A stretch of DNA of 33,851 nucleotides, taken from a virus (taxonomy: Duplodnaviria > Caudoviricetes). Under the pieces are notes generated by a model. That model saw nothing but the letters and a program-made list of their open reading frames with translations. It was not told where the DNA came from and did no database searches. Shown here piece by piece: positions 15,766 to 25,725 of the stretch. The translations under genes were made by a program, and so were the position numbers. Position 1 is the stretch's first letter; each line of letters opens with the position of its first letter. The stretch is taken from positions 1 to 33,851 of IMG/VR virus record IMGVR_UViG_3300023283_000166. One strand, given 5' to 3'.

Positions 15766-18700
15766 CTATGCCGTTGTTGATCCGTCCAAATATCTAAGCA
15801 CTTTGGTAGGCGATACGTGATTGACAAGCTCTTGGTCATTCGTGCCGTCTGTCTCTATTTCTCGTATTGCTCGGCTACTGGGCCGGATATAGAAGAGCTT
15901 TTGACTATCGTCTTGGTCATAGAAAATACCCTGATACTGCACCGACGAATTAGTGATGACGTCCGTCAGCCCGGTGCCGTCGTAGTTAACTTTTTCGATC
16001 CGCTGATTGCTACTCAAGCTTGTAAAAAATATCACCTCGTTTGCCGTATCAACGTCGATGCCCCATATGCCTGTCCCGCTCGGTGACCCTTCAACTAAGG
16101 CGTCGCCAGTTCCGTCGAGATCAACGCGCCGCACGTCGTCATTTGTGGCGTCTACGTAGAACACCCTGTCGAGGGCGGCATCATATGCCACGTCGTGAAC
16201 CTTGACGCCCGACTTAATGCTCGTCTTCCCCGACGCGGACCCGGCGGTCGTGACCGTCCACTTGTTGATGCCGTTGTCATCTCCAACTACAAGCGTTACA
16301 TCGTCGCCCGCTGACGCGCCCGGTATCACAACAAGTCCCGTGGGATCTCCCAGACCGTCCGCGCTCGTCAGGATTTCAGTTATATTCGTTCCGTCCAGAT
16401 CAATACGTATAACCTTATTCGTGGTAGACCGGGCCGCCACATAGACGTGCCCGTTTAGGTCGTCTACCGAAATGCCGCGCAGATCGCCGCCGTTTGTGTT
16501 GCCCACAAGGCTTACTACTTCTTGGTCGCTCGTACCATCCGTCTTGATCTTCCGAACTGTTTCATCCTGAGATTCGCTGTAGTATAGCCACTGTGTCGGC
16601 GTGGTCGGGGCAGCCAGCGACGTAATGATACCAGAGACTACCGTTATCGTATTGCCGTCGTTGTCGATAAAGGTACCGGAAAACCCGTTGTCGGCGGCCA
16701 ACGTTCCCCCGGACAGATCGCCTACAACATCCACGCTGCCCGTAAAATCGGCCCCGGCAGCCGTTAGCGCGCCTTGAATATCTACGGTCGAATCAAACTG
16801 TGCCGCAACAAACGCACGTATGAGCGCTTCCGTGACGCTTAATATGTTGTTGCTGTTTATGTCAACAACAAACGATTCGCCGCCCGGCAGGTCGAACGTG
16901 ACGGACCCGTTGTTGACCGTCAGAGAGTCAAAAGTGGGATTTGAGCCGGGGTTGCCGTTGGTTATGCTGGTTTCCCACGCCGCGCCGTCCATCCCGTCGC
17001 TGGCGTTGATAAGAGTCACCCGAATGTCTAGTTGAGTGTTGAACGCTAGGGCGGTATGTATCTGTAGGTTGGTCTGTGGGTTATCGAAGGGACTCCCCGC
17101 GATCTCGGCGTATGACGCCGGGGGGATCTTGGTCTCGACGCGAATCCCGGCTGTCGTCTGGGTGCGGCTGTCGCCCGCCGCCGTCAGGAGAACGTCATTT
17201 GACGCATTCAGGGCAACGCTTTGCTGCGTAAACGCCGCTTCTAGCGCCGTTCCGCCGTCGTCGAGGGTGTTGTCCTCTATAACCTCTACGCTGACCGTTT
17301 CCGTATCCGTTCCGCCGCTTGCGCGGGTGACTGTCAATTCCACAGAGTGCGTCCCAACAGCGAGCGTAGTGGATAACATGGGGCTTGTCGATATGACAGA
17401 TCCGCCATTGACGCGCCATTCAAAGGTGATACTGTCCCCCAAAGGGTCGTAGCTGTTCAGGCCCGACAGAAGTATGTCCTCATCGCCCCCGCCGTCGAGG
17501 TCTACGTAGTTTAGCACACCCGAGATGACCGCAACCGGATTACCCGTTTCGCTCGGGTTCCACTCCCCTATACGACCCTTCAATTTCGTCTGAAGCGCTA
17601 CCGGATCTATGGACCTCTCCGTGACAAAAACGGTTCGTGTCAGACCACCCTCGCTGACGGTGACGAACTGCCCGACCACGTCACCGACAAGGCCGTCAAC
17701 TGAGAACTCGACAGGGCGGCTCAGGTTGTTGTAGAAGTTGTAAAACTTTTTAGCGATCTCCAACAGGACAACGTCATTTCGGACCGCCTTATCGTTACCG
17801 TAAAATATGTCGCCCGTCCACGCGGGCGTAGCGTTGATTTTGATTTCTACCACGTCCTCGCCGGACGGGAAGCCCGTTAGTTCGGGCGTCAATAAATCCA
17901 ATCCATCGTACCAGAACCCGACTGTTTCAAGGGTATCACCTTCCTCGACCGGCTCAAAATACTTCACCGTCGGACGAACAACTACCGCCGGGGGCGTCAG
18001 ATCGCCGCCCTTTTCGGTCCAACTGATAACATCGGCGAGCGCGGTCGTGCTCAGGTCGGTCGTATTGGCCGAGGTTCGTTCGATAAGTTCAAGTTCGAGT
18101 CTGGGCAGTCCGCTAACGTCCACGCTGGGAATGAACTTGATGAATGACCACTTCGAGTTTTGCATTTCTCGAAGGGATTCGAGAAGGTTCGTCGGGAATT
18201 CGATCCATTTAGGAAACGTCTGGGAATAGCCAGCCGGGAAGGTGAATGTGTTAACGATATAGGTTAATACTCCCACGTCGGCGAGGGAAAACACCGCCTG
18301 AATGACTTCGTCAACTTCGTAGTTGGCGTTGAAATCGACAGGGGAAAACCCGTATACATCTTTGCCGAGTATGCGAACCGGCGTACCCGCGTTTACCTGC
18401 GTCTGGGATGAGATCGTAATATCGACGCCACCCGTTTTTATCTCGTCAATGACGCCCTCGGCGACCCGGAAATATACAAATACCGTCTGTTGGTCTGGGT
18501 CCAGCTTAAAAAAGTCCCGCGCAATCGTCGGCCTGCCGGCTGCATCGGTCTGCGTTGTCCCTTCTGGAAACAATTGAATGAATGACGGCCCGGACGTCGG
18601 CAAATCAATGACCGCGTTTACGAACTCGTCGATGCGAACGTCCGAGAGGCCGGACCACAGCGTTGCGTTCGTAATGGTCGCCCGAAACATGTTCTGGGCC

Positions 18701-19422
18701 GAGGTCGCCGAGATAACGACGAAGTGCTCCACGTCGCCCGTCCCGACGGTATGGGTGCCCCCAAACGCCGTTTGTGGCGGGCCATCTATCGTTAATAGAA
18801 CGTCCTCTGGGCCGGTGGCTTTCCCCTGAACGATACCCCGATGTTCCGAAACGTCCGTCTCGAAGACGACTACGTCGCCGAAGTCTATGACTGCCGATAA
18901 ATCGACGCCCCCAACGAACCTAGGCACCTGAATCGCGGGGCGCGAGTTCGTTAGGGTATACGTTTCCTCATACGACGAAAATAGCTCCGTTTTGAAGACG
19001 CTGCGGGCGGCTGCGTTGACTTGGTCCAGAATGAATTCCCAAGAGAATACTTCAAACGCCGTTATCTTTGTGGACGCATTCCAGTCAATGCTAGTGCGGT
19101 CTATAAGTCCGTGAAACAGTACCGTCGAAGTAGTCTTGTTGGTCAACACAAACACATACGGCGCGTTTATCATATCGCCGTATGTGTTGAAGTACGTTTC
19201 AGCCAGCCCGAACAACGAAACTTGCTGGTTCGATAGTGTATAAACCCCCTCGTCGAATTCGAGCGACTCAATCAATTCAGATGTTTCGACGGGGAATATG
19301 TCGTTGGATTCCATTGCGACATCCGAATCATAGGTTCGCAGCGTTCCCGCCACGACCTCTATGTCCGTCTCGCCCGCGTTCTCCTGAATCTGGAATATCT
19401 CTATGGTAAAGCTGTCGGCCAT
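15766..19422 (-). CDS. Tail tip / receptor-binding protein with PKD-like domain and C-terminal YWTD-like beta-propeller
   Basis: Follows the tape measure gene; PVAVI..SYDP..ITFEW..GTHSVELTVT and repeated (I/V)xxxxxDGT blades. Confidence 0.8.
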   Translation of the reverse strand: MADSFTIEIFQIQENAGETDIEVVAGTLRTYDSDVAMESNDIFPVETSELIESLEFDEGVYTLSNQQVSLFGLAETYFNTYGDMINAPYVFVLTNKTTSTVLFHGLIDRTSIDWNASTKITAFEVFSWEFILDQVNAAARSVFKTELFSSYEETYTLTNSRPAIQVPRFVGGVDLSAVIDFGDVVVFETDVSEHRGIVQGKATGPEDVLLTIDGPPQTAFGGTHTVGTGDVEHFVVISATSAQNMFRATITNATLWSGLSDVRIDEFVNAVIDLPTSGPSFIQLFPEGTTQTDAAGRPTIARDFFKLDPDQQTVFVYFRVAEGVIDEIKTGGVDITISSQTQVNAGTPVRILGKDVYGFSPVDFNANYEVDEVIQAVFSLADVGVLTYIVNTFTFPAGYSQTFPKWIEFPTNLLESLREMQNSKWSFIKFIPSVDVSGLPRLELELIERTSANTTDLSTTALADVISWTEKGGDLTPPAVVVRPTVKYFEPVEEGDTLETVGFWYDGLDLLTPELTGFPSGEDVVEIKINATPAWTGDIFYGNDKAVRNDVVLLEIAKKFYNFYNNLSRPVEFSVDGLVGDVVGQFVTVSEGGLTRTVFVTERSIDPVALQTKLKGRIGEWNPSETGNPVAVISGVLNYVDLDGGGDEDILLSGLNSYDPLGDSITFEWRVNGGSVISTSPMLSTTLAVGTHSVELTVTRASGGTDTETVSVEVIEDNTLDDGGTALEAAFTQQSVALNASNDVLLTAAGDSRTQTTAGIRVETKIPPASYAEIAGSPFDNPQTNLQIHTALAFNTQLDIRVTLINASDGMDGAAWETSITNGNPGSNPTFDSLTVNNGSVTFDLPGGESFVVDINSNNILSVTEALIRAFVAAQFDSTVDIQGALTAAGADFTGSVDVVGDLSGGTLAADNGFSGTFIDNDGNTITVVSGIITSLAAPTTPTQWLYYSESQDETVRKIKTDGTSDQEVVSLVGNTNGGDLRGISVDDLNGHVYVAARSTTNKVIRIDLDGTNITEILTSADGLGDPTGLVVIPGASAGDDVTLVVGDDNGINKWTVTTAGSASGKTSIKSGVKVHDVAYDAALDRVFYVDATNDDVRRVDLDGTGDALVEGSPSGTGIWGIDVDTANEVIFFTSLSSNQRIEKVNYDGTGLTDVITNSSVQYQGIFYDQDDSQKLFYIRPSSRAIREIETDGTNDQELVNHVSPTKVLRYLDGSTTA

Positions 19423-21710
19423 TATCTCGTTGTCCTCGTTAGTCTCGCCGACCGTTTGTTGCCGAGACGCGTGACATCCATCGCCGTCCTGTCGTCAATG
19501 ACGACCCTTTGATCCTGAAGGCCCTGCCGCAGTTCCTCGACTGCGTTCACTATCTTCGTAGTCGATTCTTCGGCGCTGCGGGCGCCTGCGGTTACCTGAA
19601 TCCGGCGCTGTTGCGCGTCGAAATCACGAGCGCGCTGGGCAACTACTTGCGAATTCAGGGCCGTAAACCGGCCCGTGAAACCCCCCGAAGTGCCCGCCCC
19701 GGAACCCGAAGCGTCTACGTTGTCGATCTGTCGTATCCGTGAGGCCAGCGTTGTAAACACCGCCAGCCCGGCGGCGATGGCCTGTGCGATAGCGCCCGGA
19801 CCTTGTGCCGACTCCAGAAACACGCGAGTCGCCGCCACCCCTGCGGCGATGGCCTGTGCAAAGGCCTGAGCCTTCAATAAAGCCTTGTTTTGCTCGAATC
19901 CCTTTTCCCCCTCGCGGCCCGCCACAGTCGCCATCTCGCCGAAAATGGTGGCCGTCGTGTTGGCCAGCCCGGTAACGTCTTGAAGCCGCTTTTTCTGCTC
20001 ATCCCTTGCAATATCAGTGAGTTTTTGCTGATGCTCGGCTTCTCGTCTTTCTATCTCGGATTGTAGGTTGTCCCGCTCGGCGATTAGCTCCGCGAACTCG
20101 TCTTGTGCGAGCCGAGAGACCTCTAATAGCTCGTTGATGGACGCTATCCGGGCCGCCGTCACTTCCTTGAATATCCGGAGCGACTCGGCGGCTCTTTGCC
20201 GTTGGCTATCCGGATCTTGTCCGAAGATGAGTTCCTCGCTTTGCTGAATGCCGAAAATTCGGGCGCGCTCGCGCCGCCGAATGGCTGCGCGTTCTTCCTG
20301 TATGGCTTTCGCAAGCTCACGTTCCTGTTCTAGGGCGCGCTTCTCTCTTTCCCTTTGCTGCCTTTCTTCTTCCTTTCGCTCTTCCTCTGCCGCCTCTTCG
20401 ACGATGACCCGCGCAAGCCTTGAACGTTCATTGGCGATGAATTCAGAGAGCGCGTCAATGGCGCTATCGCGCAAATCTTTTTCGTTGGCGAACTCGCGCC
20501 GGATGAAATTTAGCTTCTCTTGCTCGAAGACCTCAAGCTGCCGCAGCCGGTTATTTGCTCCCTTTTTTTCGAGTTGCGCCAAAAGGGACTGATGCTTCTC
20601 TTCCAACGCTTCGCGCTTCCGCCGCGCTTCCTCGGCGCGCTTTCTCGCGTCTTCTTCTTCCTTCTTCCGGCGTCCTTCTTCCTCGGGATCGGCGGGCAGC
20701 CCGAGTTCTCTCCGTGCGGCACGTTCCGCGCCTATGGTAAATATGCGAGTCCTCAGCCGCTCGGCCCTTTCCTCAATGGCCTCTACTTCCTCGTCGAGTT
20801 GCCTTATGGCGCGGATGTCCTCGATGTCCGCATCCAACGAGCCCCCCAGTACGGCTGCGCGTAGGTCATCAAAGCTTTCTACGCCAAATGGCTCCAATAG
20901 CGCGTCCAGCCGCGCCCGCATCACCGACAACTCGGCGTTTGTCCGCACAAGTGCGCCCGCCGCTTCTTCCAGATCAAGGCTCGCTATCAGCCGCTTGGAA
21001 AACTCACCTTCCTGGGCCGCTCGTACAACCTTGTTGAACTCACGTTGCGCGTCCGTCATTAAACCTAGCGCAACTTTGGCATTATCAATCTGCGCAGCCA
21101 GCTTATCCCAACTGAGAGCCAAAGCCGTCACAATCGAAATGACGAGTGGAATCGCCATAGGCCCCGTAAACAGGGGCAGAAACATCTTGGATAATGCCTT
21201 GCGGACGGATCCTTCGGATGCCAGAAGCCGGCTGAACGACTCGGCGACCTGCTCTATATTGTTGGCGACGCCGAACAGGCCGAAGGGGGCGTCCTGAACG
21301 ATACGAATGACGTTCTGGCTGGCCAGAGACGTTTTCGTGATCTTCTTGTTGACCTCACTCTGTTTGAGGCTAAGGCGGTTCAGTGCCTGCGCCGTGCGGT
21401 CGATACTCCCGGCGTCCAGAATGCTCGTTTTGGCGCGTTGCGTAGATAAGGCCTTGGCTACCTTGCTCGCTTCGCGGGCCGTCCGCCGCATGGCAGATTC
21501 GACATTCCTGAAATCCTTTTCGGTTTTAGAGACGTCGAGTGCCTTGCGTACCGTCTTCGCGTCGTCTACCACCCTGTCAAAAATGGCAGACATGCCCTTA
21601 CTCAAATCGTCCGGCGCACGCGCAAGTGCCTTCGACAGCCGCTCTACCAATTCGTCGAGATTATCAATCTCTAGCCGAAGTTGGGCGTCGAATTCGTTGG
21701 ATTCAGGCAT
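19422..21710 (-). CDS. Tail tape measure protein
   Basis: 762 aa, Ala/Glu/Arg-rich coiled coil, QDAPFG..GVANNIEQ, downstream of the chaperone. Confidence 0.9.
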   Translation of the reverse strand: MPESNEFDAQLRLEIDNLDELVERLSKALARAPDDLSKGMSAIFDRVVDDAKTVRKALDVSKTEKDFRNVESAMRRTAREASKVAKALSTQRAKTSILDAGSIDRTAQALNRLSLKQSEVNKKITKTSLASQNVIRIVQDAPFGLFGVANNIEQVAESFSRLLASEGSVRKALSKMFLPLFTGPMAIPLVISIVTALALSWDKLAAQIDNAKVALGLMTDAQREFNKVVRAAQEGEFSKRLIASLDLEEAAGALVRTNAELSVMRARLDALLEPFGVESFDDLRAAVLGGSLDADIEDIRAIRQLDEEVEAIEERAERLRTRIFTIGAERAARRELGLPADPEEEGRRKKEEEDARKRAEEARRKREALEEKHQSLLAQLEKKGANNRLRQLEVFEQEKLNFIRREFANEKDLRDSAIDALSEFIANERSRLARVIVEEAAEEERKEEERQQREREKRALEQERELAKAIQEERAAIRRRERARIFGIQQSEELIFGQDPDSQRQRAAESLRIFKEVTAARIASINELLEVSRLAQDEFAELIAERDNLQSEIERREAEHQQKLTDIARDEQKKRLQDVTGLANTTATIFGEMATVAGREGEKGFEQNKALLKAQAFAQAIAAGVAATRVFLESAQGPGAIAQAIAAGLAVFTTLASRIRQIDNVDASGSGAGTSGGFTGRFTALNSQVVAQRARDFDAQQRRIQVTAGARSAEESTTKIVNAVEELRQGLQDQRVVIDDRTAMDVTRLGNKRSARLTRTTR

Positions 21711-21725
21711 GGGGGACTCGCGGAA

Positions 21726-22010
21726 TTAGGACGGCTCGAAAGAACCGTGATATTGCTCCATCGCGTAAAATGCAACCAGTTCCAGAAAAGACAACTCGTG
21801 ATATATCCTCATCGCTTCTATGGCGTTGCCGCCCGAGACGGACCAACAAAGCCACAACCATGAGTCAATTTGATCTTCGAGTTCGTATTTTAGCACCAAG
21901 GCCCAGCCGGGGTATTTACCCTTTGTTGCCGTCGATTTACTACCCTGCTCTACAATATTGATAATCCGTAGAGCACGACGATAGTTTGTATCGACGGCGG
22001 AAAAAAACCC
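21726..22010 (-). CDS. -1 frameshift extension of the tail assembly chaperone (gpGT analogue)
   Basis: Slippery G GGT TTT TTT at 22010-22001; the -1 frame is open for 94 codons to TAA 21728-21726, 15 nt before the tape measure start. Confidence 0.85.
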   Translation of the reverse strand, partial: GFFSAVDTNYRRALRIINIVEQGSKSTATKGKYPGWALVLKYELEDQIDSWLWLCWSVSGGNAIEAMRIYHELSFLELVAFYAMEQYHGSFEPS

Positions 22011-22255
22011 ACGATAAGCTGTTCGGCTACGACGCCGTCAAACTCGTCGGACTCAAAGTCGATAGCGTTGACGGCGTCCGCGTCGTCGAAGATCAACAGG
22101 AAAAACTGACGATAGTATTCCCACCTACTAATTTCGCCTTCTGCCAGTTGGTCCTGAATGATTTCGCCGCGCTCTTTAACCAACCGCTCGTTACCAGCCG
22201 AATACGGCTTGTGGCGCAGCTTTTGTCCGCAAAATTCTACCGTTTCCCGTTTCAT
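21950..22255 (-). CDS. Tail assembly chaperone (gpG analogue)
   Basis: Position upstream of the tape measure gene and a slippery site near its end. Confidence 0.8.
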   Translation of the reverse strand: MKRETVEFCGQKLRHKPYSAGNERLVKERGEIIQDQLAEGEISRWEYYRQFFLLIFDDADAVNAIDFESDEFDGVVAEQLIVGFFPPSIQTIVVLYGLSIL

Positions 22256-22308
22256 AATTGTTTGCAGTTGTTACAGAAATAATACCGACGGCTACTAATT
22301 TTGTTCGA

Positions 22309-23439
22309 TTACGGAAGAGTGATTCCATACATCGATGCCAGTTCGGCCCGTATCGCCGATAAGCGCGCCGCGTCCGGTATGCTAGACATTGCCTTGACAA
22401 AGCTCAATTCGAGATTTTCGGCGCCGTTGGTGACGGCGTCGGCAAAATCGCCGGCCCGTCGACGCCCACTGGAAGATGTGCTTATACTCGTCGCAACAAC
22501 TTCCGTGTCTTCCTGCGTGCCGTCGATCCACAGTTCCCAATTGTCACTAGACCCTTCCATTTTTAGCTCTATTATATGCGGATTGCCATCATCAATAGAT
22601 GTTGTGCTCACCAGCACATTAGATCCCCCGTTGTTTATTGCCGCCTTGCCCAGTCCGTCGCGATTTAATTGGAGACCTGAAGGGTTGGTGCCGTCGTACC
22701 AAATGCCGTTGCCGGCATTTGGCAGAAGCATGACTATCCAAAGATACGCGTCGTCGTCTGGGTCCGTCGAAAATGCCCGCCCCGTGTTTGTGCTCCATAA
22801 GTTATCCGACGAGTTGTTGAATTTTATACTGTTTTGTCCGTTTATGGCACTCAGGACGGGCGCTGCGGCAGCTTGAGACTGCGTGTCTAGCGTCTCTCCG
22901 TTACCCGAAAGGTCGGTCCACGCGCTAACGGTGCCGCCGCTCGACACGATGCTACCCGCCGTAAACAGATAAATATCGTCGGCGTCGGAAAAATCGAAGG
23001 TGCCGCCCAGTATCCAGTCCGGGACCTCTGATAATACGTTGGAGCCAATGAATTGCGCCGCCGCCGGGCGTCGCCTTACGCGCCCCCGGAATAGCGCCTG
23101 TATCATGTCGCCGAGATCCTCGGCCACGAAGGTAGCAACCTTTTGTCCCAAATTATCGTCCGGGTCGAAATCTATATCGACCGTTCCCGCCGCGACAATG
23201 TCGTTTACCAGATTCGTGAAATTGTCGTGATCCGACGCCTTAAGCTGTGGCCAATCAAATTCAGCGCGCAGTAGCCAGCCGTCTACGCGCTGCTTATTGC
23301 GCCCGTCAAACAAGCGAACCGTCGTCGTGCCGAGTCCGCTATAGGGTACAGCGGAGATCCGCAGCGCCCAGATCGGGATCGTGTAGACATTGCTGTTCGC
23401 CGTAAACTGTACCCGCGTATGATATGAAGTGTATGCCAT
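22309..23439 (-). CDS. Minor tail protein with C-terminal LamG/ConA-like jelly-roll
   Basis: VSAWTDLSGNG..APV..INGQNSIKF..DGNPHI..LWIDG; start set at ATG 23439. Confidence 0.65.
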   Translation of the reverse strand: MAYTSYHTRVQFTANSNVYTIPIWALRISAVPYSGLGTTTVRLFDGRNKQRVDGWLLRAEFDWPQLKASDHDNFTNLVNDIVAAGTVDIDFDPDDNLGQKVATFVAEDLGDMIQALFRGRVRRRPAAAQFIGSNVLSEVPDWILGGTFDFSDADDIYLFTAGSIVSSGGTVSAWTDLSGNGETLDTQSQAAAAPVLSAINGQNSIKFNNSSDNLWSTNTGRAFSTDPDDDAYLWIVMLLPNAGNGIWYDGTNPSGLQLNRDGLGKAAINNGGSNVLVSTTSIDDGNPHIIELKMEGSSDNWELWIDGTQEDTEVVATSISTSSSGRRRAGDFADAVTNGAENLELSFVKAMSSIPDAARLSAIRAELASMYGITLP

Positions 23440-23448
23440 ATATTTAGC

Positions 23449-23482
23449 AAAAAGGCGCGGGCACACTTACCGCGCCCGCGCC
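23449..23482 (-). terminator. Rho-independent terminator after the tail tube gene
   Basis: GGCGCGGGC/GCCCGCGCC stem followed by TTTTT on the minus strand. Confidence 0.7.
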
Positions 23483-23518
23483 GTTTCGTCGTCGCCCTCG
23501 TCGTCTTGGGATTTTGGA

Positions 23519-24004
23519 TTATGACGTGCCGTCGAAGGTGATTTCACTCGCCGAACCCAGCTTAACGAGTTCCGTCATAGGCACGCGACCGGCGGTTTCG
23601 AGCGGAATCGCGCTCTCCGAGTTATCGAACATGATTTGTCCGTCGAGAGTGAAGATGGCATTCTTGATAGTGAATCCCGCCGCCGCCCCGGCCCCAGCCG
23701 CGTCGGTAAACACTTCCGTCAGCTTGAGCCACAGCCCGTTCCCCGCCGGGTTAGTAAGCAGATCCAAGTTAGTAAGTTGATCGGCTGCGGTCTGCGTCAG
23801 CGTGATCTGCACCGTAACGTCGGCGGCGGCCTGCATAGGCCGCCCCGCCGTGTCCGGGTCCGTGGTAACCTTGGACCACGAGAATTGAACACCCTTCACC
23901 CGGCCCAGATCGTTCCATGTGACCCCATCATCGTCGCTGACAAAGGCGCCGCCGCCGCGAAACGAGACTTCAGATAGATCCTTTGTGAAATCAGAAAGCG
24001 CCAT
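23519..24004 (-). CDS. Probable major tail tube protein
   Basis: 161 aa, beta-rich, WNDLGRVKGVQFS; followed by a terminator; synteny. Confidence 0.7.
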   Translation of the reverse strand: MALSDFTKDLSEVSFRGGGAFVSDDDGVTWNDLGRVKGVQFSWSKVTTDPDTAGRPMQAAADVTVQITLTQTAADQLTNLDLLTNPAGNGLWLKLTEVFTDAAGAGAAAGFTIKNAIFTLDGQIMFDNSESAIPLETAGRVPMTELVKLGSASEITFDGTS

Positions 24005-24020
24005 GATAAGATGTAATTTT

Positions 24021-24060
24021 GCCCTTCCATCCGGCTCTTATGGTAGCCGGATGGAAGGGC
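24021..24060. other. Perfect 16-bp stem-loop after the major capsid gene, without a U-tract
   Basis: GCCCTTCCATCCGGCT-N8-AGCCGGATGGAAGGGC. Confidence 0.85.
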
Positions 24061-24068
24061 GCTGTGAA

Positions 24069-24989
24069 TTAAGAGGTATTGCCATCGGCCTTGAACGCAA
24101 GCTGCCAGAAGCCGTAAGCGAGCGCGTAGCGCGCCCGCAGCCCGTAGAAAAAGGCGTCGTTCATGATAACATATTCGTCGTCAATCGACGTCAAGGTTTG
24201 AAGCTCAAGGTCGTCTGCCTCTTGCAGAATGAAAGGGCGGAGCACTTGGTTCGTATCAAGCAGGTACCAACTGTTGTCCGTGATGTACGGCTCACGGACA
24301 ACCCTGACAGCCTGAAACGTAGGGTTCTCTCCGCCCCCGCTAAGCGTCGCGATCTCAAAGAGATCGCGCGCTGTCGAATAGTTCGCAGGCCCGACGACGA
24401 TTACACTCGGCAAAACGTCAAGCGGCTCACCCTTCTGGTTGACCAACTCGGCCATTTGCTGCGCCGCCGCGTCGAAGTTGTCCTTCGTTAGCGGCGTGGT
24501 GGCGTCAGCCAGATTAGACTGCGTGCCGCTACCGTCCTCGTCGGGGTGCGCCTGCGAGAAAAAAGGCACGCCGTCATAGCCAAGGCTGCCGGCGGCGTCT
24601 CCGTTAAGCAGCAGGTCAGCCAAAAGGCTCCGGCGCTTCCGAAAATGCGCGTTAGGCAACGCCCGGAAGCGCGCTTCGTACAGACCGAGTTCGTCGGATT
24701 CGACGTCCACGCGGTCAACCGACAGCGCCCCCTGATATTTGACGTTCGGGACGGAATAATTTCGGGCCTTGAAGGACGCGATGTCTCGCTCCCCGACCCA
24801 TTCGTCCATCTGGGCGAAATCCATGAGCCAATCGTATTCGACCGTTTTGGCTTTTGACCTCGTGGTCATGGTGCCCAGAGACACGAGTTCCCCATCGCCC
24901 TCTTGGTCGAGTTGGTCGAGGAAAATCGCCCGGAACACCTTGTTCGCGGCGTCTAGAATGGATTGGTCGGCAGTGTTTCCGAAAGACAT
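24069..24989 (-). CDS. Major capsid protein, Mu gpT-like
   Basis: YDWL..MDEWVGER, YDGVPFFSQAHP, WYLLDT..PFILQ and YGLRARYALAYGFWQLAF. Confidence 0.92.
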   Translation of the reverse strand: MSFGNTADQSILDAANKVFRAIFLDQLDQEGDGELVSLGTMTTRSKAKTVEYDWLMDFAQMDEWVGERDIASFKARNYSVPNVKYQGALSVDRVDVESDELGLYEARFRALPNAHFRKRRSLLADLLLNGDAAGSLGYDGVPFFSQAHPDEDGSGTQSNLADATTPLTKDNFDAAAQQMAELVNQKGEPLDVLPSVIVVGPANYSTARDLFEIATLSGGGENPTFQAVRVVREPYITDNSWYLLDTNQVLRPFILQEADDLELQTLTSIDDEYVIMNDAFFYGLRARYALAYGFWQLAFKADGNTS

Positions 24990-25016
24990 GATTCTACACT
25001 AAGTTAGGGATAGTGA

Positions 25017-25682
25017 TTACTGGGGGCGACCTTCGACAAACACGAGCGCGCTGGTAGCCGAGATAACTTCCTCGATGTAGCCCACAAAGGGTTCCGCCGC
25101 GTCTTGAAGCCACCTTACGCGAAGCTCGTTGCCGCTCGTGTCGGTCCCGCCCGCGTTATTGATCGTGTCGGCGGCGGTGATACTAAACTCGCTGGTAAGG
25201 TCGTCAACGTCGGTAACGTCGGTACCCGATCCAACTAAGTGGGTGACCGAAATTAGTTCGTCGTTCGTGCCGATGCCGGTGACCGTTACGTTACCCGCCG
25301 CCGCGCCGGCGACGATAGCTTCAGTCTCAACGGGTTCGCTTTCGACCGTGACGGTTTGGTCATCAGCCGCGTGAACCCGCGCCCCTTGATCCGCCTGCGT
25401 CAGGCCCGCAGCCACAAGTTCGACCAAAATGCCGACGCGAATATCGCTCTTGATGGCCCCTGCGGTCTCGCCGGTCGTATCAACGTCTTCTGTAATAACG
25501 CCGACGAGAGAGTACGAGCCGGTGGACGAAACGGGTTCAGCAAAGCCGTCCGACGTGCGAATTCCGACAAGCGTGTTCATGAAAAAAGTGGTGTCGGCGG
25601 CTAATTGCGCACTTACGAGACGCCCACGCGGGGCCGCTCGAAGGATGCTACTGCCGACTCTAGATGCCGTGGCCGCTGCCAT
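25017..25682 (-). CDS. Capsid cement/decoration protein with an inserted domain
   Basis: Between protease and capsid genes; VGV..EDVD..G, QADQG..V.AADDQTV and G.IEEV. Confidence 0.65.
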   Translation of the reverse strand: MAAATASRVGSSILRAAPRGRLVSAQLAADTTFFMNTLVGIRTSDGFAEPVSSTGSYSLVGVITEDVDTTGETAGAIKSDIRVGILVELVAAGLTQADQGARVHAADDQTVTVESEPVETEAIVAGAAAGNVTVTGIGTNDELISVTHLVGSGTDVTDVDDLTSEFSITAADTINNAGGTDTSGNELRVRWLQDAAEPFVGYIEEVISATSALVFVEGRPQ

Positions 25683-25725
25683 GATTTTCCTAGATTAAAA
25701 GTTAAGGGGTATTTCGGCGAGATTC

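Noticed and set aside
15766-19422. Diversity-generating retroelement or invertible tail cassette
   Set aside because: No reverse transcriptase, recombinase or TR/VR-like repeat pair was seen.
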